Source: an uncultured Peptoniphilaceae bacterium (GTDB lineage Bacteria > Bacillota > Clostridia > Tissierellales > Peptoniphilaceae). From it: a stretch of DNA of 51,650 bases. Shown here one piece after another: positions 48,651-51,650 of the stretch. The position numbers and the translations under genes are program-made. The DNA lies in NCBI GenBank assembly GCA_946403255.1, contig CAMIZH010000001.1, forward strand, positions 1 through 51,650. Reading direction: 5' to 3'. The notes under the pieces are model-generated. The model ran no database searches. It was not told the origin of the DNA and saw nothing but the letters and a program-made list of their open reading frames with translations. How positions within the stretch are numbered: position 1 is the first letter of the stretch; each line of letters begins with the position of its first letter.

Positions 48651-49677
48651 TATTTACACCCCTTTTATACTTACGTCTAAGTTGACCACAAGATGCATCA
48701 ATATCTGAACCTAATTCTCTTCTTATAGTAGCATTTAGACCAAGTTTTTCAAGATTTTTTTTGAAATTTTCAATTTGAAATTTTTCTGGTTTCTTTTCAT
48801 CATATTCCTCAATTGGATTTAATGGAATTAAGTTTATATGTGAATTTAAACCTGATAGTATTCTTTTCAGTTCCAAAGCATTGCTTTCATTATCATTTTG
48901 ACCATGAATCAATGTATACTCAAATGTTATTCTACTACTATTCTTTTCAGAATAATATTTACATGCAGAAATAACATCTTCAATTTTATATTTTCTATTT
49001 ATAGGCATAATTTTGCCTCTACTAATATTATTAGTGTTATGAAGAGATATTGCAAGAGTTATAGGTAGATTTTCATCTGCTAATTGGATTATTTTATCAG
49101 CTATACCACAAGTTGAAATTGTCATATTTCTATAACTTGTATTATGACCCTTTTCATCATGAAGTAATCTTAAAAATTTCAAAACATTATCATAATTATC
49201 TAGTGGCTCTCCACTTCCCATTAAAATAACATTAGAAACTTTAATCCCATATTTTTTCTCAACTTCATAAACTTGTAAAAGCATTTCTGCAGGGGTTAGG
49301 TTTCTAACAAGCCCACCCTTTGTTGATGCACAAAATACACATCCCATTCTACAACCTACTTGTGTTGAAATACATTGAGAATATCCATGTTTATATTTCA
49401 TTAAAACACCCTCAACTATATTTTCATCACCTAGTTCAAAAAGTAGTTTTTTTGTTTCATCGATTTTAGATGCGTATTCTTCTATAATTTTTACACTTGC
49501 TATTTCTTCATTTTTTTCTAATTCTTCTACTAATTTTTTAGGTAAATTTCCAGTACTAAAATCAGTCTTTTTTTGTGCGTGAAAAAAATTAAAAAGTTGT
49601 GAACCACGAAATGCCTTTTCATTATATTTTGGCATTAATTCTTTTAGTTCCTCTTCAGTTAAACTATTTAATTGCAT
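48628..49677 (-). CDS. rlmN: 23S rRNA m2A2503 / tRNA methyltransferase (radical SAM)
   Basis: CISTQVGCRMGC.FC, MGSGEP, DIDASCGQL. Confidence 0.97.
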   Translation of the reverse strand: MQLNSLTEEELKELMPKYNEKAFRGSQLFNFFHAQKKTDFSTGNLPKKLVEELEKNEEIASVKIIEEYASKIDETKKLLFELGDENIVEGVLMKYKHGYSQCISTQVGCRMGCVFCASTKGGLVRNLTPAEMLLQVYEVEKKYGIKVSNVILMGSGEPLDNYDNVLKFLRLLHDEKGHNTSYRNMTISTCGIADKIIQLADENLPITLAISLHNTNNISRGKIMPINRKYKIEDVISACKYYSEKNSSRITFEYTLIHGQNDNESNALELKRILSGLNSHINLIPLNPIEEYDEKKPEKFQIENFKKNLEKLGLNATIRRELGSDIDASCGQLRRKYKRGVNSEICSSN

Positions 49678-50979
49678 TTAATCACCAATTTTCTTTAATT
49701 TAACAACAGTAAATCCATCTGTGTTATCTGTATTTGGAAATAATCTTGTTATTTCATTTCCATTATATTTTTCAATTTCAAAGTTTTTGTTTTTTTCTAA
49801 GAAGTTATCTATAACATCTTCATTTTCAAGTTTTGAAATGGTACATGTTGAATATACTAAAGATCCACCAACTTTTAAATACATTGATGCATTTCTTAGA
49901 ATTTTCTTTTGAATTTCTTGTAATTCTACTAGATCTTCTTCTAATCTGTTCCATTTTATCTCAGGTTTTCTTCTATAAAGACCTAATCCTGAACATGGAG
50001 CATCTACTAATATATAGTCAAACTTATCTCTATATTCTAATCTAATACCTGTTGCATCAGATTTTTTTAAAGTTATATTTTTTACCCCTAGTCTTTTAAT
50101 ATTTTCTTTTACAAGTTTAATCTTGCTATCTGAAATATCAAAAGAAGAAATATTTCCTGTATTATTCATAATTGCACTCATATGAGTAGACTTTCCACCT
50201 GGTGCTGCACACATATCCATTACTACTGAATTTTCTTTTGGTGCAAGTATCTCTGAAACTAGTATAGATGCTTCATCTTGAACATAAAAATCTCCATTTA
50301 AGAAATCTTTAGTACCAAAAATATCAGTTGGATTTAAAACTACAAGACCATCTTTTGCCAGTTTACAATTTTCAACTTCATAATTTTGATTTATTAAACT
50401 TTTAATTAAATTTTCCTTTGAAGTTTTTAAAGTATTTACTCTTATAGTAAATGGTGGTCTTTCATTATTTGCTTTTGCAAGTTCTTCACAAAATTCATAT
50501 GAGTATCTTTCACATATTTCATCTATAAAATATTTAGGGTGAGAGTATTTAATTTCTAAATATTCCCTTCCTTCTTTTTCTACTTTAATATCATCTTTAT
50601 TTCTTGCTATATTTCTAAGCATTCCATTTACAAATCCACTTGAGCCTTGATTTCCATAAACCTTTGCAAGTTTAACACTTTCATCTATTATTGAATAATC
50701 TGGTATTCTATCTAAAAATAATAATTGATAAATTCCCATTTCTAAAATAGTTAAAATTGTTTTATGAATTTTTTTAAACCTTACTTTTGAATTTTTCTTA
50801 ATAATATAATCAATATATGTTCTATTTTGAACTACTCCAGTAGTTATATTTGTAATTAAATTATAATCTCTTATATCTAAATTTGATTTTTTTAATATTT
50901 CTAATTCTTCGTTTAAAAAAGCACCTTTATAAAAGACATTGTCTATAATAAAAAGCGCCTTTGTTCTAGTATTTTTCAT
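49678..50979 (-). CDS. rsmB: 16S rRNA m5C967 methyltransferase
   Basis: NusB-like N-terminal domain, VQD.AS, DMCAAPGGKS, DAPCSG.G, YSTCT. Confidence 0.96.
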   Translation of the reverse strand: MKNTRTKALFIIDNVFYKGAFLNEELEILKKSNLDIRDYNLITNITTGVVQNRTYIDYIIKKNSKVRFKKIHKTILTILEMGIYQLLFLDRIPDYSIIDESVKLAKVYGNQGSSGFVNGMLRNIARNKDDIKVEKEGREYLEIKYSHPKYFIDEICERYSYEFCEELAKANNERPPFTIRVNTLKTSKENLIKSLINQNYEVENCKLAKDGLVVLNPTDIFGTKDFLNGDFYVQDEASILVSEILAPKENSVVMDMCAAPGGKSTHMSAIMNNTGNISSFDISDSKIKLVKENIKRLGVKNITLKKSDATGIRLEYRDKFDYILVDAPCSGLGLYRRKPEIKWNRLEEDLVELQEIQKKILRNASMYLKVGGSLVYSTCTISKLENEDVIDNFLEKNKNFEIEKYNGNEITRLFPNTDNTDGFTVVKLKKIGD

Positions 50980-50982
50980 ATT

Positions 50983-51650
50983 TTAGTCCCTTTTTTTGCT
51001 ATTTCCAAATATTGCTAGTAATCTTAAAAGCTGTCCAATTGCCATAATTGTTGATGCTACATATGTTAATGCTGCTGCTGATAACACTTCTTTTGTACCT
51101 TTTAACTTTTCAGCTGGCATTATTCCGTCTCTAAGTTCATTTGCCGCTCTTCTACTTGCATCAAACTCAACTGGTAAAGTTACTATTTGAAATAATACTG
51201 CAATAGAAAATAACGCTATACCAACTTGAACAAAAAAATTAGAAAAAATCATACCCATAACTATAAAAATCATAGATAGATTTGAGCCAATATTTGCTGC
51301 TGGTACAAGTGCTGCTCTTATTTTTAATGGAGTGTACTCTGTTTGATCTTGAATTGCATGTCCAACTTCATGAGCCGCTATACTTAAAGATGCAATACTA
51401 TCTCCATAATAAACATCGTGAGACAAATTCAAGGTTTTATTTGCTGGATTATAATGATCTGTTAACTTTCCATTTATAGGTATTATTCTAACATCATTTA
51501 AACTGTTTTTATCCATTATAAGTCTTGAAGCATCTGCACCTGTTAAATTTGTTCCACTTGAAATTCTACTATTTTTTGAATACGCAGAATTTATCTTTGC
51601 TTGTGCTATCATTGCTAAAATAAGTCCTGGTAAAATATAAATTAAATATG
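50983..51650 (-). CDS. Neutral zinc metallopeptidase (YugP-like), 5' end outside window
   Basis: LTDHY.P, AAHEVGHA.Q (HExxH), TLPVEFDAS.RA, AAALTYVA; frame open to window edge (YLIYILPGLILAM). Confidence 0.9.
   Translation of the reverse strand, partial: YLIYILPGLILAMIAQAKINSAYSKNSRISSGTNLTGADASRLIMDKNSLNDVRIIPINGKLTDHYNPANKTLNLSHDVYYGDSIASLSIAAHEVGHAIQDQTEYTPLKIRAALVPAANIGSNLSMIFIVMGMIFSNFFVQVGIALFSIAVLFQIVTLPVEFDASRRAANELRDGIMPAEKLKGTKEVLSAAALTYVASTIMAIGQLLRLLAIFGNSKKRD

Noticed and set aside
479..51479. Many 60-120 aa ORFs in the track that lie antisense to, or out of frame within, larger genes (e.g. 7162-7503, 12995-13363, 23566-23892, 33961-34305, 45981-46163)
   Set aside because: They overlap well-supported genes and show shadow-frame composition with no recognisable motifs
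1..51650. CRISPR array, tRNA/rRNA genes, IS elements, integrase or prophage
   Set aside because: Intergenic gaps are all under about 270 bp; no regular repeat-spacer pattern, cloverleaf or mobility motif was seen

Overview
AT-rich chromosomal segment of an anaerobic Bacillota, most likely Tissierellia (Peptoniphilus-like; inferred from gene order and protein style). Almost all genes are on the minus strand, the presumed leading strand. The backbone is core housekeeping: rpmE-DUF1385-prmC-prfA, infC-rpmI-rplT with an L20 leader, ktrAB, alaS-ireB-ruvX-fur-rnj-trmR-U32 peptidase-udk, sufCBDSU running into an Rrf2 regulator and iscS, ackA-yceD-rpmF, tmcAL, coaD-rsmD-recG-fakA-asp23, rpmB, and rsmB-rlmN-stp-pknB-rsgA-rpe-thiN. 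One accessory-looking block (about 4.1-10.4 kb) holds a stand-alone DUF4041/GIY-YIG nuclease of the PD-Lambda-1/SNIPE anti-phage type with no transmembrane anchor, plus a DUF5058 membrane-protein pair linked to an M20 peptidase. Notable non-coding signals: a three-hairpin element between ireB and ruvX, an alaS leader with a terminator but no T-box, tandem 25-bp candidate Rrf2 operators before suf, a WalR-type box before an SLH gene, and 18-20 bp perfect palindromes over stop codons. No tRNA, rRNA, CRISPR array, integrase or transposase was seen. All family calls come from motif recognition by eye, not database searches.
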